Source of the DNA: Candidatus Methanoperedens sp.
GTDB lineage: Archaea; Halobacteriota; Methanosarcinia; Methanosarcinales; Methanoperedenaceae
NCBI GenBank assembly: GCA_027460535.1
Contig: JAPZAR010000007.1
Span: 120,001-152,000 of the forward strand
Length of the DNA stretch: 32,000 nucleotides
Reading direction: 5' to 3'
Shown: in pieces, positions 1 through 9,279 of the stretch
Layout: each line of letters begins with the position of its first letter
How positions within the stretch are numbered: position 1 is the stretch's first letter
Translations under genes and position numbers: made by a program
Notes under the pieces: model-generated
Database searches by the model: none
Told to the model about the DNA's origin: nothing
What the model saw: only the letters and a program-made list of their open reading frames with translations

Positions 1-1983
1 CCGAGCAACCTGAAAGCCCCCCTCACCGAAACCATAATGGGGCTTGCGCCCACGACGATAGGCGATTTCCTTCCGGTACTTGATTACGTGGAGGAGCAGC
101 TGACGCAGCTCATAGCGGCTGCCAATACAGGGCAGGAAGGCTCTGCACGTGATTTTGAATCCAAAGCGCTCCACGCTGGAATGCTTGATCTTCTGGGAAT
201 GGAAGTGGCGGATATAATCCAGATATCATGTATGGGACTTCCGAAATCTGATGAGAATACATCTCTGGCAGAAGTGGGAATGGGAATCCTTGACCCTAAA
301 AAACCGGTGGTAATATGCGTGGGACATAATATTGCGGCACCTGCATACATCCTTGATTATATGGACCGGAATGGACAATTCGATAAAATTGAGATAGCGG
401 GATTGTGCTGTACTGCTCATGACATGGCCCGTTATAACAGGGCTTCAAAAATAATTGGTTCCATGAGCAAGGAACTGAAATATATCAGGTCGGGAATACC
501 CGATGTACTGGTTACCGATGAGCAGTGCGTTAGAGCCGATATACTGAAGGAAGCACAGAAACTTCATATTCCTGTAATTGCCACTAACGAAAAAATCACA
601 TACGGACTACCTGATAGGTCAAATGACAGTGTGGATGCCATCATAGATGACCTGGTGAGTGGAAAACAGGCAGGTGTACTGCTTCTTGATTTTGAAAAAA
701 TCGGGGAACTTGTCCCTAAACTTGCAATGAAGATAGGACCGATCAGGAAAGCCAAAGGGTTGACAGCGCTTCCCGATGACGAAGAATTCAGGAAACTCGT
801 ATCAAAATGTACCAAATGTCTCCAGTGCACGCGGGATTGCCCGCAGAGCCTTCCAATTGCAGAAGCGATGACAGCTGCAGTTAATGGGGACCTCTCACCA
901 TTTGAAGTGCTCCATGACAAATGCGTGGGCTGCGGAAGATGCGATTACAGCTGCCCTGTTGACATACCAGTGCTGAACGTCATCGAGAAGGCGGCCCAGC
1001 GAGTGATAAGAGAAGAAAAAGGCAAGGTAAGGATCGGAAGAGGACAGATAGGCGATCCTGAGATACGCGAGGAGGGAAGGAACCTTGTGCTCGGCACCAC
1101 ACCAGGAGTGCTCGCCTTCGTGGGATGCGGAAATTACCCCGACGGCACGAAGGATGTTTACGATGTTGTTGAAGAAATGATCCAGCGCAGTTATATAATA
1201 ATTTCTTCAGGATGCTCTGCAATGGACATTGGGATGTACAAGGATAAGGAAGGTAAGACCCTCTATGAGCGCTACCCTGGAAGGTTTATCAAAGGAAATC
1301 TCTTGAACACAGGTTCGTGCGTCTCAAATGCCCATATAGCTGCCACCACTATAAAAGTAGCGTCAATATTCGCCGGGCGAAAGACGAAAGGAAACTGGGA
1401 AGAGATCGCGGATTATGTGCTCAACAGGGTTGGAGCAGTAGGAATAGCCTGGGGCGCGTACTCCCAGAAAGCATTTGCCATCGGAACAGGTTGCAACAGG
1501 CTTGGCATTCCCGTGGTTGTGGGACCGCACGGGACAAAATACAGGCGCGCTTTTATCGGCAAGCCTTACAGGAAAGACAACTGGAATGTACTGGATGGGA
1601 GAGATGGCTCGGTTGTCAATGTCGAACCTGCACCTGAGCACCTGATGATAACAGCTGAAACTAAAGATGAGCTCATGCCCCTTCTTGCGAAACTCTGTTT
1701 CAGGCCAAGCGATAACAGCCTGGGAAGAGCCATCAAGCTCACACATTATATCGAACTCAGTGAAAAGTACCTGAAAATGATGCCTGATGACTGGCATATC
1801 TATGTCCGAAATGAGGCTGACCTTCCTGTGGCTAAGAGAGAACAGCTCCTGAAACTGCTTGAGGAGAAAGGATGGAAGATCGACTGGGAGAAAAAGAAAA
1901 TTACTGAAGGACCACTTCGTAAAGTGGATGTCTCGTTCCAGCCCACCAATGTCCCGCGCCTCTGCAAGGAGGTTAAGAAATGA
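1..1983 (+). CDS. cdhA: CO dehydrogenase/acetyl-CoA decarbonylase-synthase complex alpha subunit, 5' end cut by window edge
   Basis: The frame is open from nt 1, with 12 sense codons before the ATG at 37, so the gene starts upstream of the window. It is a large CODH-like protein with two ferredoxin-type Cys motifs ([24 protein letters not shown]). The stop overlaps the next start (ATGA at 1980-1983). It is followed by cdhB, cdhC and a cooC-type gene, the order known from Methanosarcina cdh operons. Confidence 0.9.
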   Translation, partial: PSNLKAPLTETIMGLAPTTIGDFLPVLDYVEEQLTQLIAAANTGQEGSARDFESKALHAGMLDLLGMEVADIIQISCMGLPKSDENTSLAEVGMGILDPKKPVVICVGHNIAAPAYILDYMDRNGQFDKIEIAGLCCTAHDMARYNRASKIIGSMSKELKYIRSGIPDVLVTDEQCVRADILKEAQKLHIPVIATNEKITYGLPDRSNDSVDAIIDDLVSGKQAGVLLLDFEKIGELVPKLAMKIGPIRKAKGLTALPDDEEFRKLVSKCTKCLQCTRDCPQSLPIAEAMTAAVNGDLSPFEVLHDKCVGCGRCDYSCPVDIPVLNVIEKAAQRVIREEKGKVRIGRGQIGDPEIREEGRNLVLGTTPGVLAFVGCGNYPDGTKDVYDVVEEMIQRSYIIISSGCSAMDIGMYKDKEGKTLYERYPGRFIKGNLLNTGSCVSNAHIAATTIKVASIFAGRKTKGNWEEIADYVLNRVGAVGIAWGAYSQKAFAIGTGCNRLGIPVVVGPHGTKYRRAFIGKPYRKDNWNVLDGRDGSVVNVEPAPEHLMITAETKDELMPLLAKLCFRPSDNSLGRAIKLTHYIELSEKYLKMMPDDWHIYVRNEADLPVAKREQLLKLLEEKGWKIDWEKKKITEGPLRKVDVSFQPTNVPRLCKEVKK

Positions 1984-2645
1984 CCGCGAAGACACACGTA
2001 AAGCCATCAGGGCACAAGGCACCTGCTGAGGGGCATGCTGAAAAACATATTGAAAAGCATGTTGAGAAGCCTGTTGAAGAAGTCTCCATAAAATCGGTGG
2101 AAAAGCCTCCTGAGAAGATTATCGATACAACGCGCCAGGCCGTGCCTTTTGATACGGGGAATATACCGGGACCGAAGATGGCAAAAGCTGTTATGCCGGC
2201 AGTATCGGGAAAAATGCTCGCAAGAGCGAAACGGCCCCTGCTGATAGTTGGCTCCCAGATCCACGAGGAAGATGTGCTCGCAAAAGTTGTGGACATGGGA
2301 CATGCAGGAATACAGATAGCTGCCATTGGGAATGCCTACAAATCCCTCGGCGATAAGGGACTGGATGTCCATTATGCGAACTTGCATGCGCTTGCATCAT
2401 ACCTGTGCGATCCGAATTGGCGCGGACTGGATGGAAAAGGCGGATACGACCTAGTGGTGTTTTTCGGAATTACGTATTATTACGCATCGCAGGCGATATC
2501 GGCACTTAAGAATTTCTCAGACATCAAGGTCATATCCCTGGATAAATACTATCATCCGAATGCGTTTATGTCATTCGGCAACCTTAAGAAAGACGTGTTC
2601 ATTGCAGCTCTTGACGAGGTCATAAAAGAGTTGCCGAAAAGATAA
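1980..2645 (+). CDS. cdhB: ACDS complex epsilon subunit with an unusual ~50 aa His/Lys/Glu-rich N-terminal extension
   Basis: 221 aa ORF, start-stop coupled to cdhA by ATGA. The conserved epsilon-like core starts around [10 protein letters not shown]...[10 protein letters not shown]. It sits between the alpha and beta subunit genes. Confidence 0.85.
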   Translation: MTAKTHVKPSGHKAPAEGHAEKHIEKHVEKPVEEVSIKSVEKPPEKIIDTTRQAVPFDTGNIPGPKMAKAVMPAVSGKMLARAKRPLLIVGSQIHEEDVLAKVVDMGHAGIQIAAIGNAYKSLGDKGLDVHYANLHALASYLCDPNWRGLDGKGGYDLVVFFGITYYYASQAISALKNFSDIKVISLDKYYHPNAFMSFGNLKKDVFIAALDEVIKELPKR

Positions 2646-2656
2646 AGACCCAAGTA

Positions 2657-2676
2657 CCCCGTATTTAAATACGGGG
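2657..2676. other. Perfect 20-nt palindrome (CCCCGTATTTAAATACGGGG) in the cdhB-cdhC spacer
   Basis: Read directly: ccccgtattt is the exact reverse complement of aaatacgggg. It lies 12 nt after the cdhB stop and 26 nt before the cdhC ATG. It could form a 10-bp hairpin in the mRNA or act as a protein-binding site. Function unknown. Confidence 0.6.
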
Positions 2677-2701
2677 ACTGATAAAAGACAGGACGACAAT
2701 C

Positions 2702-4108
2702 ATGGCAAACGAATTTCCCTTTGAAATCTCACCCATGTTCGAGGGTGAACGTGTACGAAAAGATGATATGTTTGTTGAACTCGCAGGTCCCAAATCGCGG
2801 GGATTTGAACTCGTGAGGGCGGCAGCATCAGATGAGCTCGAGAACGGGAAGTTTACACTCATCGGGCCGGATATCTCTCAGATGCAGGAAGGTTCTCGCC
2901 ATCCCTATGCAATGATCTACCGAATAGCGGGAAAACTCGTGGAGCCCGACCTTGAGGCAATAGTAGAGAGGCGAAACCACGATTTCCAGAACTATATACA
3001 GGGATACATGCACCTGAACCAGCGTTATGATATCTGGGTACGGATAAACAAGGACGCAATCAAAAAGGGACTGAAATCGTTTGAACAGATAGCCAAAGCC
3101 ACGATGATGCTTTTTAAGAATGAACTGCCTTTTATCGAGAAGATAGAAGCTACTTACATCACTGACCCTGAGGAAGTCGAGAGACAAAGAAATGAAGCCT
3201 TGAAGATATACGAAGCAAGGGACGCCAGGACAAAGGGCCTCCATGACGAGGATGTAGATGTTTTTTACGGCTGTACCCTCTGCCAGAGCTTTGCCCCTAC
3301 AAATGTATGCGTCGTGACACCTGACAGGATATCCCTGTGCGGCGCAATTAACTGGTTCGATGGGCGTGCGGCAGCCAAAGTTGACCCCGAAGGCCCCCAG
3401 TTCGCCATACAAAAAGGCGAGGTCATAGACAATGCAGGTGGCGAATACTCTGGCGTGAATGAAAAAGCTGCCTCGCTATCGGGAGGTGAATTTTCCCGCA
3501 TCAAGCTGCATTCTTTTTTCGAGTACCCGCACACGAGCTGCGGATGCTTTGAAGTCGTAGGTTTCTACATACCTGAGGTGGATGGCATCGCCTGGGTTGA
3601 CCGAGATTTCAGTGGCACTGCTCCAAACGGTCTTGCTTTCTCGACCATGGCGGGACAAACAGGGGGAGGAAAGCAGATCATCGGCTTCCTGGGAGTAGGG
3701 GTGAATTATTTCCGATCTCCCAAGTTCATACAGGCAGACGGAGGATGGAACCGTGTCGTGTGGATGCCCAAGAATCTGAAAGAAAAGATAAAAGCAGATA
3801 TACCTGCTGAACTTATTGATAAAGTTCCCACGGAAGAAGATGCAGCGGACTTGAAGACTCTCCGGGACTATCTTGAGAAAAAGCAGCATCCTATAACCCA
3901 GCGCTGGGCAAAGGAAGAGGCTGCTGCCGAGGCTGCGTCTTCGGAGGTTTCTGCTACAGCCGCGCCTGCATGGTCTGCGCCTGCGATGACAATGCCATCA
4001 GGAATGCCTGCCATGCCGCATTTCGGTGGAGGTGAGGGTGTTAAACTCACTTTCAAGAACGCCAAGATATCAATAGACCGCATTGTGTTCAAAAGCAAGG
4101 AAAAATGA
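2702..4108 (+). CDS. cdhC: ACDS complex beta subunit (acetyl-CoA synthase, A-cluster subunit)
   Basis: 468 aa. It contains the SCGCFE Cys-Gly-Cys motif characteristic of the Ni-binding A-cluster of acetyl-CoA synthases, plus an upstream CTLCQSFAPTNVC Cys cluster. It has an Ala/Pro/Met-rich C-terminal linker. Operon position is after cdhA and cdhB. Confidence 0.9.
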   Translation: MANEFPFEISPMFEGERVRKDDMFVELAGPKSRGFELVRAAASDELENGKFTLIGPDISQMQEGSRHPYAMIYRIAGKLVEPDLEAIVERRNHDFQNYIQGYMHLNQRYDIWVRINKDAIKKGLKSFEQIAKATMMLFKNELPFIEKIEATYITDPEEVERQRNEALKIYEARDARTKGLHDEDVDVFYGCTLCQSFAPTNVCVVTPDRISLCGAINWFDGRAAAKVDPEGPQFAIQKGEVIDNAGGEYSGVNEKAASLSGGEFSRIKLHSFFEYPHTSCGCFEVVGFYIPEVDGIAWVDRDFSGTAPNGLAFSTMAGQTGGGKQIIGFLGVGVNYFRSPKFIQADGGWNRVVWMPKNLKEKIKADIPAELIDKVPTEEDAADLKTLRDYLEKKQHPITQRWAKEEAAAEAASSEVSATAAPAWSAPAMTMPSGMPAMPHFGGGEGVKLTFKNAKISIDRIVFKSKEK

Positions 4109-4233
4109 GTCATGAAAATCCTGACAACGAATTTATTCGACCATTAAATGTCTGAAGGTCGTTCTGAATCGTTGATTTTGCTCTGTGTGCATTGTGGTTT
4201 TCAATATAGCAGGAACTCATGAAGCAGAGGACC

Positions 4234-4278
4234 TGTGATATTTTGAACATACATTTTAAAAATGTGACATTTTCAAAA
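4234..4278 (+). promoter_or_regulatory. Possible internal promoter/operator upstream of the cooC-type gene
   Basis: A direct repeat TGTGAYATTTTSAA (4234-4247 and 4263-4276) flanks a perfect 15-nt A/T palindrome ACATTTTAAAAATGT (4251-4265). The palindrome resembles an archaeal TATA box and is centred ~31 nt before the ATG at 4289. Assignment is by sequence pattern only. Confidence 0.3.
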
Positions 4279-4288
4279 GGACACAAGT

Positions 4289-5038
4289 ATGAAAATAATT
4301 GCAATAACTGGTAAGGGCGGGACAGGAAAAACCGCGGTGGCAGGAATGCTGATAAAGTGTCTATCGTCAGGCAATAAGACGCTGCTTGCCATCGATGCTG
4401 ACCCTGATTCCAACCTCCCCGACGTACTCGGCGTCAAGGTCGATAAGACCATTGGGGACATGCGGGAGTTCATGCTGCAGGAGCGTGACAGGATGCCGCC
4501 TGACACCAATAAAGAGCGGGTGCTGGAATCAAAGATATACGAGGTCCTGACCGAGATGCCTCACTATGATATTCTGGTTATGGGGCGTCCGGAGGGCTCA
4601 GGATGCTATTGCTTTGCGAACAATCTCCTGCGCGGGATAATGGACAGGATATTGAAGAACTACGACCTTACCATAATAGACACAGCGGCAGGACTCGAGC
4701 ATCTCTCGCGCAGGATCATCCGCGACGTGGACGAACTCCTCGTGGTCACGGACGGCTCGCGCCGGGGTTTGCAGACAGCGGAGAGGATAAGAGAGCTTGC
4801 CGGGTCTCTGAACCTCAATATCAAAAAAATGCATGTGATAGCGAACAAGGTAACACCAGAGAATCGCGCAAGGATCGAGGAATATGCAAAAGAGCTGAAG
4901 ATGGATCTTGTAGGAGTTGTGCCTTTTGATGAGGTTCTTGCCAACTTCGATCTTGAGGGAAGACCTCTGGCTGAATTACCACCGGATTCGACGGCGTTGC
5001 GCGGAGTAGGAGAGATTGCGAGAAGAATGGGGTTGTGA
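4289..5038 (+). CDS. cooC: CooC/AcsF-type nickel-insertion ATPase (CODH/ACS maturation)
   Basis: 249 aa. N-terminal deviant Walker A motif GKGGTGKT, and a GSGCYCFANN Cys-x-Cys motif as in CooC-family Ni-binding ATPases. It lies immediately downstream of cdhC, as in Methanosarcina cdh operons. Confidence 0.85.
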   Translation: MKIIAITGKGGTGKTAVAGMLIKCLSSGNKTLLAIDADPDSNLPDVLGVKVDKTIGDMREFMLQERDRMPPDTNKERVLESKIYEVLTEMPHYDILVMGRPEGSGCYCFANNLLRGIMDRILKNYDLTIIDTAAGLEHLSRRIIRDVDELLVVTDGSRRGLQTAERIRELAGSLNLNIKKMHVIANKVTPENRARIEEYAKELKMDLVGVVPFDEVLANFDLEGRPLAELPPDSTALRGVGEIARRMGL

Positions 5039-5064
5039 AGTCTTTCAATAATCGAAATTCACAT

Positions 5065-5877
5065 TTAAGAATTTGATTTTACAGCAGCCCTTTTCAGTTC
5101 CTCCTCAACCCTCTTGCGCTCAATAATATCGCAGAATGTCACAATTATGCCAACCATGTTATCCTTCCTGTTTTTGATAGGGGTACCAATTATATCAATC
5201 GGTATTTCAGTCCCTCCCTTTGATTTCAAAAAAGTATTGTCAACCAGGCCATAGAATATCCCTTCTCTTATTACCTTTGCTACAGGATCTTCGACCTTTT
5301 TGCCTTTTTCTTCGCTCACAATATTGAACACCGTTGTCAGGGGCTTTCCCATAGCATCTTCCTGCTTCCAGCCAGTCAGCGCTTCTGCGATTGGGTTCAT
5401 GAATTTGACCATTCCGCCCGGATCCGTAGCAATCACTCCATCCCCTATACTTTTAAGTGCTGCCGCAAGCCATTGTTCGCTTTCTTTCAACCTTCCCTCC
5501 ATAATATGTTTGTAGATGGCTATCTCAAGATTGACCTGCAATTCCCTCTGGTTGAAAGGTTTTATTATATACCCATAAGGCTCCGTGATTCTCGCACGTT
5601 CCAGTGTTTTTTCATCCGCATAGGCTGTGAGATAAATAACCGGGATATCGAAATCACAACGTATTTTCTCCGCAGCCTCGATGCCATCCATTTCGCCACG
5701 AAGCATAATGTCCATCAGCACCAGATCGGGATTATTCTCTCCGGCTTTCATGATAGCCTCTATTCCCGAAGATACCACGACTGGAACTGTATAACCCATA
5801 TTCTCCAGTCTTTTCCGAATATCCTCAGCTACGATGATCTCATCCTCAACCACAAGTATCTGTTTTTGTACCGCCAT
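5065..5877 (-). CDS. Response regulator, receiver (REC) domain fused to a PAS domain
   Basis: 270 aa. The N-terminus ILVVEDE...DLVLMDIML...KPF is a canonical CheY-like receiver. The C-terminal half (GDGVIATDPGGMVKFMNPIAEALTGW...) is PAS-like. No DNA-binding output domain is visible. Confidence 0.85.
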   Translation of the reverse strand: MAVQKQILVVEDEIIVAEDIRKRLENMGYTVPVVVSSGIEAIMKAGENNPDLVLMDIMLRGEMDGIEAAEKIRCDFDIPVIYLTAYADEKTLERARITEPYGYIIKPFNQRELQVNLEIAIYKHIMEGRLKESEQWLAAALKSIGDGVIATDPGGMVKFMNPIAEALTGWKQEDAMGKPLTTVFNIVSEEKGKKVEDPVAKVIREGIFYGLVDNTFLKSKGGTEIPIDIIGTPIKNRKDNMVGIIVTFCDIIERKRVEEELKRAAVKSNS

Positions 5878-6070
5878 TGTAGCCTCTAAATTTCCCAGTT
5901 TTTCTTAAATCGGGAATTCTGGTGTGTAAATCCCATTATCTATGACCCATTTCTCATGCTGGTTGCCTTTACTCCAGACACTTTCAACATTATATTACCA
6001 TTATTAGAATGATGAGATATATAAAATTATCTTCTATATTCCAAAATAAACGTCAGGTTACCGGCCCAAT

Positions 6071-7075
6071 TCAAACTACAACTGTTTTTACCAGCTGCGT
6101 CTCTTCAACTTGATTGTTCATTAAAAGCTGAATAGTTATCGAGTAATCCCCCACCGGCCTTATACCGCTAACTTTTTCAGGTATTTTCACTTGCACAGGT
6201 ATCTGAACAGAATCTCCGGGCTTAAGTTCATAATCAAAAGTATCGGTAAACTCTTTTTTCGAAATATCGCCCATCCATTCGAAATTATGGTTCACCACAA
6301 GTGTCTTGATGGCATAATCTTTTACAGGAACCGTGCCCGCGTTCTGAAGGAATATCTTTCCATCCACCGTATCACCGGCACGATAGCTTCCAGCAATATC
6401 GACCCTTGTTATTTTTAGTTTTGCCAGTGACTCCAGGCTGAAACTCCCGCTACCGATATCTTTACCTCGAAACATGGCTTTCCACGTATGCGCCCCTGCA
6501 TAAAGACCGGAAACGGTCAGCTTTCTGCATTCCGGAATGCTTCCCATGTCCTTTTCATCGAGGATAACTGAAACCCCGTCTACATAATATACTGCATCTT
6601 TGAACTTTGTCAGGAAAACGCGTTCATTAATCATGCTTCCAGCCACGTTCTCTGCCGAAATCCCATCCGTTGAATCCACAATGATAATCTCAATCTCATC
6701 CTGCGCGGAATCGTTACCCGATGCAGCTTTCAAAATGAGTGAATTCTCTCCAGTTTTAAAGGTATAAACAAGATTCCGCTCTGTCCCCAGTGTTTTATTA
6801 TCTGATAACCACTGGTACGACGGAGACCTCATGTTAGTGGAAGCTGAAAGATGAATCTCTGCATCCTTCCATTCAACCCTGCTGCACCCAATGCTCACAC
6901 TAGGTTTATACACATATTTATATTGGGTTTTTTCAAGCTGCGTCTCGTTTTCATGAACTCCGGGTGCGGAATACACAGACCATAGACCAAAGGCAACAGC
7001 GCCTTCGATTACGAAAACCAGTATCAAAAGAATCTGCTTTTTCGTAAGTCTCCGCGGATCAAAATTCACGCTCAA
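6071..7075 (-). CDS. N-terminally membrane-anchored extracellular protein with beta-rich (Ig/CARDB-like) repeats
   Basis: 334 aa. It has one N-terminal hydrophobic helix (ILLILVFVIEGAVAFGLWSVY) followed by a Ser/Thr/Val/Gly-rich beta-type sequence. The fold assignment is an impression only. Confidence 0.6.
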   Translation of the reverse strand: MSVNFDPRRLTKKQILLILVFVIEGAVAFGLWSVYSAPGVHENETQLEKTQYKYVYKPSVSIGCSRVEWKDAEIHLSASTNMRSPSYQWLSDNKTLGTERNLVYTFKTGENSLILKAASGNDSAQDEIEIIIVDSTDGISAENVAGSMINERVFLTKFKDAVYYVDGVSVILDEKDMGSIPECRKLTVSGLYAGAHTWKAMFRGKDIGSGSFSLESLAKLKITRVDIAGSYRAGDTVDGKIFLQNAGTVPVKDYAIKTLVVNHNFEWMGDISKKEFTDTFDYELKPGDSVQIPVQVKIPEKVSGIRPVGDYSITIQLLMNNQVEETQLVKTVVV

Positions 7076-7318
7076 AGCCTCCTCTTATAATCCATCTTGT
7101 TCAATAAATCTATTTATATTTGTTAACTTATAAGTTTGATTGCTCCGATAAATAATAATAACCTTAATCGCTTAATCACCGATGATAGGCGAACATTAGC
7201 AGCAGTAACACCTTTTCTTTCAAGCCTCATAGCGCCTGCGAACGAAAGGATATCTCTTGCTCTCACTCAGGCAACTATAGTGGGTGTACGGGTGATATTG
7301 TAATATTATTGGGGAATT

Positions 7319-7663
7319 TCAGCGGCTTTCCAGGAATGTTTTCAGGGCGACTGCGGCATTGTATTTCTCATCCTTTGCAGCGTAAACAAACGTAACTATT
7401 CCTTCATTGCTTTTCTGTTTCAGAAGGTGTACCAGGTCTATTTTATTTTCAAGTTCTTTCCAGTAGCGATCACGGAACTCTTCCCATTTCTCGGGTTCAT
7501 GGCCAAACCATTTTCTTAATTCAGTGCTTGGAGCCACTTCTTTCAACCACAAATCCACAGCTGCCCTCTCCTTTGTGAACCCACGCGGCCAGAGCCTCTC
7601 GACCAGTATTCTCTGCCCATCATCTTTTGAGGGCTCGTCATAAATCCGTTTTAATTTTATCAT
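7319..7663 (-). CDS. DUF488-family protein
   Basis: 114 aa. The sequence RIYDEPSKDDGQRILVERLWPRGFTKERAAVDLWLKEVAPSTELRKWFGH matches the remembered DUF488 signature (RIY..., LVDRLWPRG, W.K..APS..LR.WF.H). Confidence 0.75.
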   Translation of the reverse strand: MIKLKRIYDEPSKDDGQRILVERLWPRGFTKERAAVDLWLKEVAPSTELRKWFGHEPEKWEEFRDRYWKELENKIDLVHLLKQKSNEGIVTFVYAAKDEKYNAAVALKTFLESR

Positions 7664-7810
7664 ACGTGGTAACCCCCGGAATATTTTAAATGTATCCTTC
7701 GTTCGTTAAATAATTCACCTGTTACACAGCAGGATACGCCTGATAATGTCTTTTCATGACTGACCTGTGACAAAAATCAGAACAGAAAATGAAGAGATGC
7801 CAGATCAAAT

Positions 7811-8128
7811 TTATCTTTTGATAAGAATCCCGATCCCGACTATAAGGATCAAAACCAGCACAGGAACTATTACGGTCTTCATCAACCCATATATCATATT
7901 GACATTCGCTGTCAGGTTTTTAATTGATTCTGCCACAGCATCTGCCTGTAATGGCGCTATCTCATGTCTTACTTCAACAACTGGCTTTTCTTCGTAGGTT
8001 TCAACTGGCGGTGCAGGAGGGACGGGTTTTACTGGCTCTTTTCGTACCTGCGGCTTCGGCGCTGCCTGTACTGGAGGTTTATTTTTCAATAATGCTTTGA
8101 ATAATGCATCTTCGCTCATGTTTGACAT
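7811..8128 (-). CDS. Small Pro/Lys-rich protein with a C-terminal transmembrane anchor
   Basis: 105 aa. It has a Pro-rich middle (PPVQAAPKPQVRKEPVKPVPPAPP) and a C-terminal hydrophobic helix (VIVPVLVLILIVGIGILI). No family recognised. Confidence 0.5.
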   Translation of the reverse strand: MSNMSEDALFKALLKNKPPVQAAPKPQVRKEPVKPVPPAPPVETYEEKPVVEVRHEIAPLQADAVAESIKNLTANVNMIYGLMKTVIVPVLVLILIVGIGILIKR

Positions 8129-8256
8129 ATTATACCCTCTGCCTCCAAAGTTAGATCTTTAAAGGCATATTCGATATAACTTTTAGATATTTAAATCATT
8201 TGACTGCGTCATACCAGCAATCTTATTAATTGTGAAGTCAAGTATCGGACGGTTTT

Positions 8257-9279
8257 ATGGAACGGTTCAAATCGAGGAACATCCTGTTCGTTGCATTGAT
8301 CGGCGCAATAGTTTTTGCTGTGTTCGCAAATGAGATAGGTTTTCAAAGGCTTTTGTCTCTGATAAGCAATGTCAACAAACCGCTTGTTCTTCTTGTGGTT
8401 GTTTTTAATCTGCTGAATCTTATAATGTTCACGATGACATGGCGATTTCTTACCACTGCAAACATCAGTTTTTACAGATTATTCAAGTTCTATATGGCAG
8501 GCACGTTCATCAATAATATCACCCCTTCCTTCGGGACGGGAGGTGAACCTGTAAAGGCTATGCTTCTTGGAAAAGAGACGGGTACAAGCAAAGCCGAATG
8601 TTTTGCGAGTGTTGTTTCACAGAGGATGATCAACATGTTCCCTTTTCTGACGATCGGAATCGTGGGTATCGGACTTCTGTTTTCCAAACCAGAACTTAAA
8701 CTCGGGACCTGGGAGATCGCAGGGCTTGTATTTTCTCTCGGTGCCGGATTTGGATTGCTCGCTCTTCTAATTTATTTCTATACCAGGAAAGATAAACTTT
8801 CATCATTTGTTCATTCAACGATCCGGTTTTTTGCTCCTTTCATCGGACTGGTGAAAAAAGGTTTTGACCACAGAGCATACACCGATGCAGTGGAGGAATC
8901 GATCAATTCTTTCCACGGCGGACTACAGAACATAGGTCACAATAAAACCGGTGTCAGAAAAGCCATAGTGTTCTCTTATCTTGGCTGGGTCTTCGATATT
9001 CTGGCGATATACGCTGTATTTCTTTCCATCCCGGACGCAAATATCCATGCCAGTGTGCTTATAATCACATATACGATTTCCATGATCAGCGGCTGGCTTC
9101 CTTTATTCCTTCCGGGAGGTCTTGGCATTGTGGACGGGACCATGGCCGGCCTTTTTATTTTCGGAGGCGTGCCTGTGGAGATCGCCATACTCGCTACGAT
9201 GCTTTACAGGCTGGCGTCATACTGGTTTAACACGATCCTCGGAGCTTTTTATCTTGGGATTTCAATAAAGAACGGCTAG
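8257..9279 (+). CDS. Polytopic membrane protein, lysylphosphatidylglycerol-synthase-TM/flippase-like family
   Basis: 340 aa with about 8 hydrophobic segments. The motifs FGTGGEPVKAMLL and LPGGLGIVDGTMAGLF resemble the flippase-like domain family (TIGR00374 / LPG_synthase_TM), as recalled. Confidence 0.6.
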   Translation: MERFKSRNILFVALIGAIVFAVFANEIGFQRLLSLISNVNKPLVLLVVVFNLLNLIMFTMTWRFLTTANISFYRLFKFYMAGTFINNITPSFGTGGEPVKAMLLGKETGTSKAECFASVVSQRMINMFPFLTIGIVGIGLLFSKPELKLGTWEIAGLVFSLGAGFGLLALLIYFYTRKDKLSSFVHSTIRFFAPFIGLVKKGFDHRAYTDAVEESINSFHGGLQNIGHNKTGVRKAIVFSYLGWVFDILAIYAVFLSIPDANIHASVLIITYTISMISGWLPLFLPGGLGIVDGTMAGLFIFGGVPVEIAILATMLYRLASYWFNTILGAFYLGISIKNG

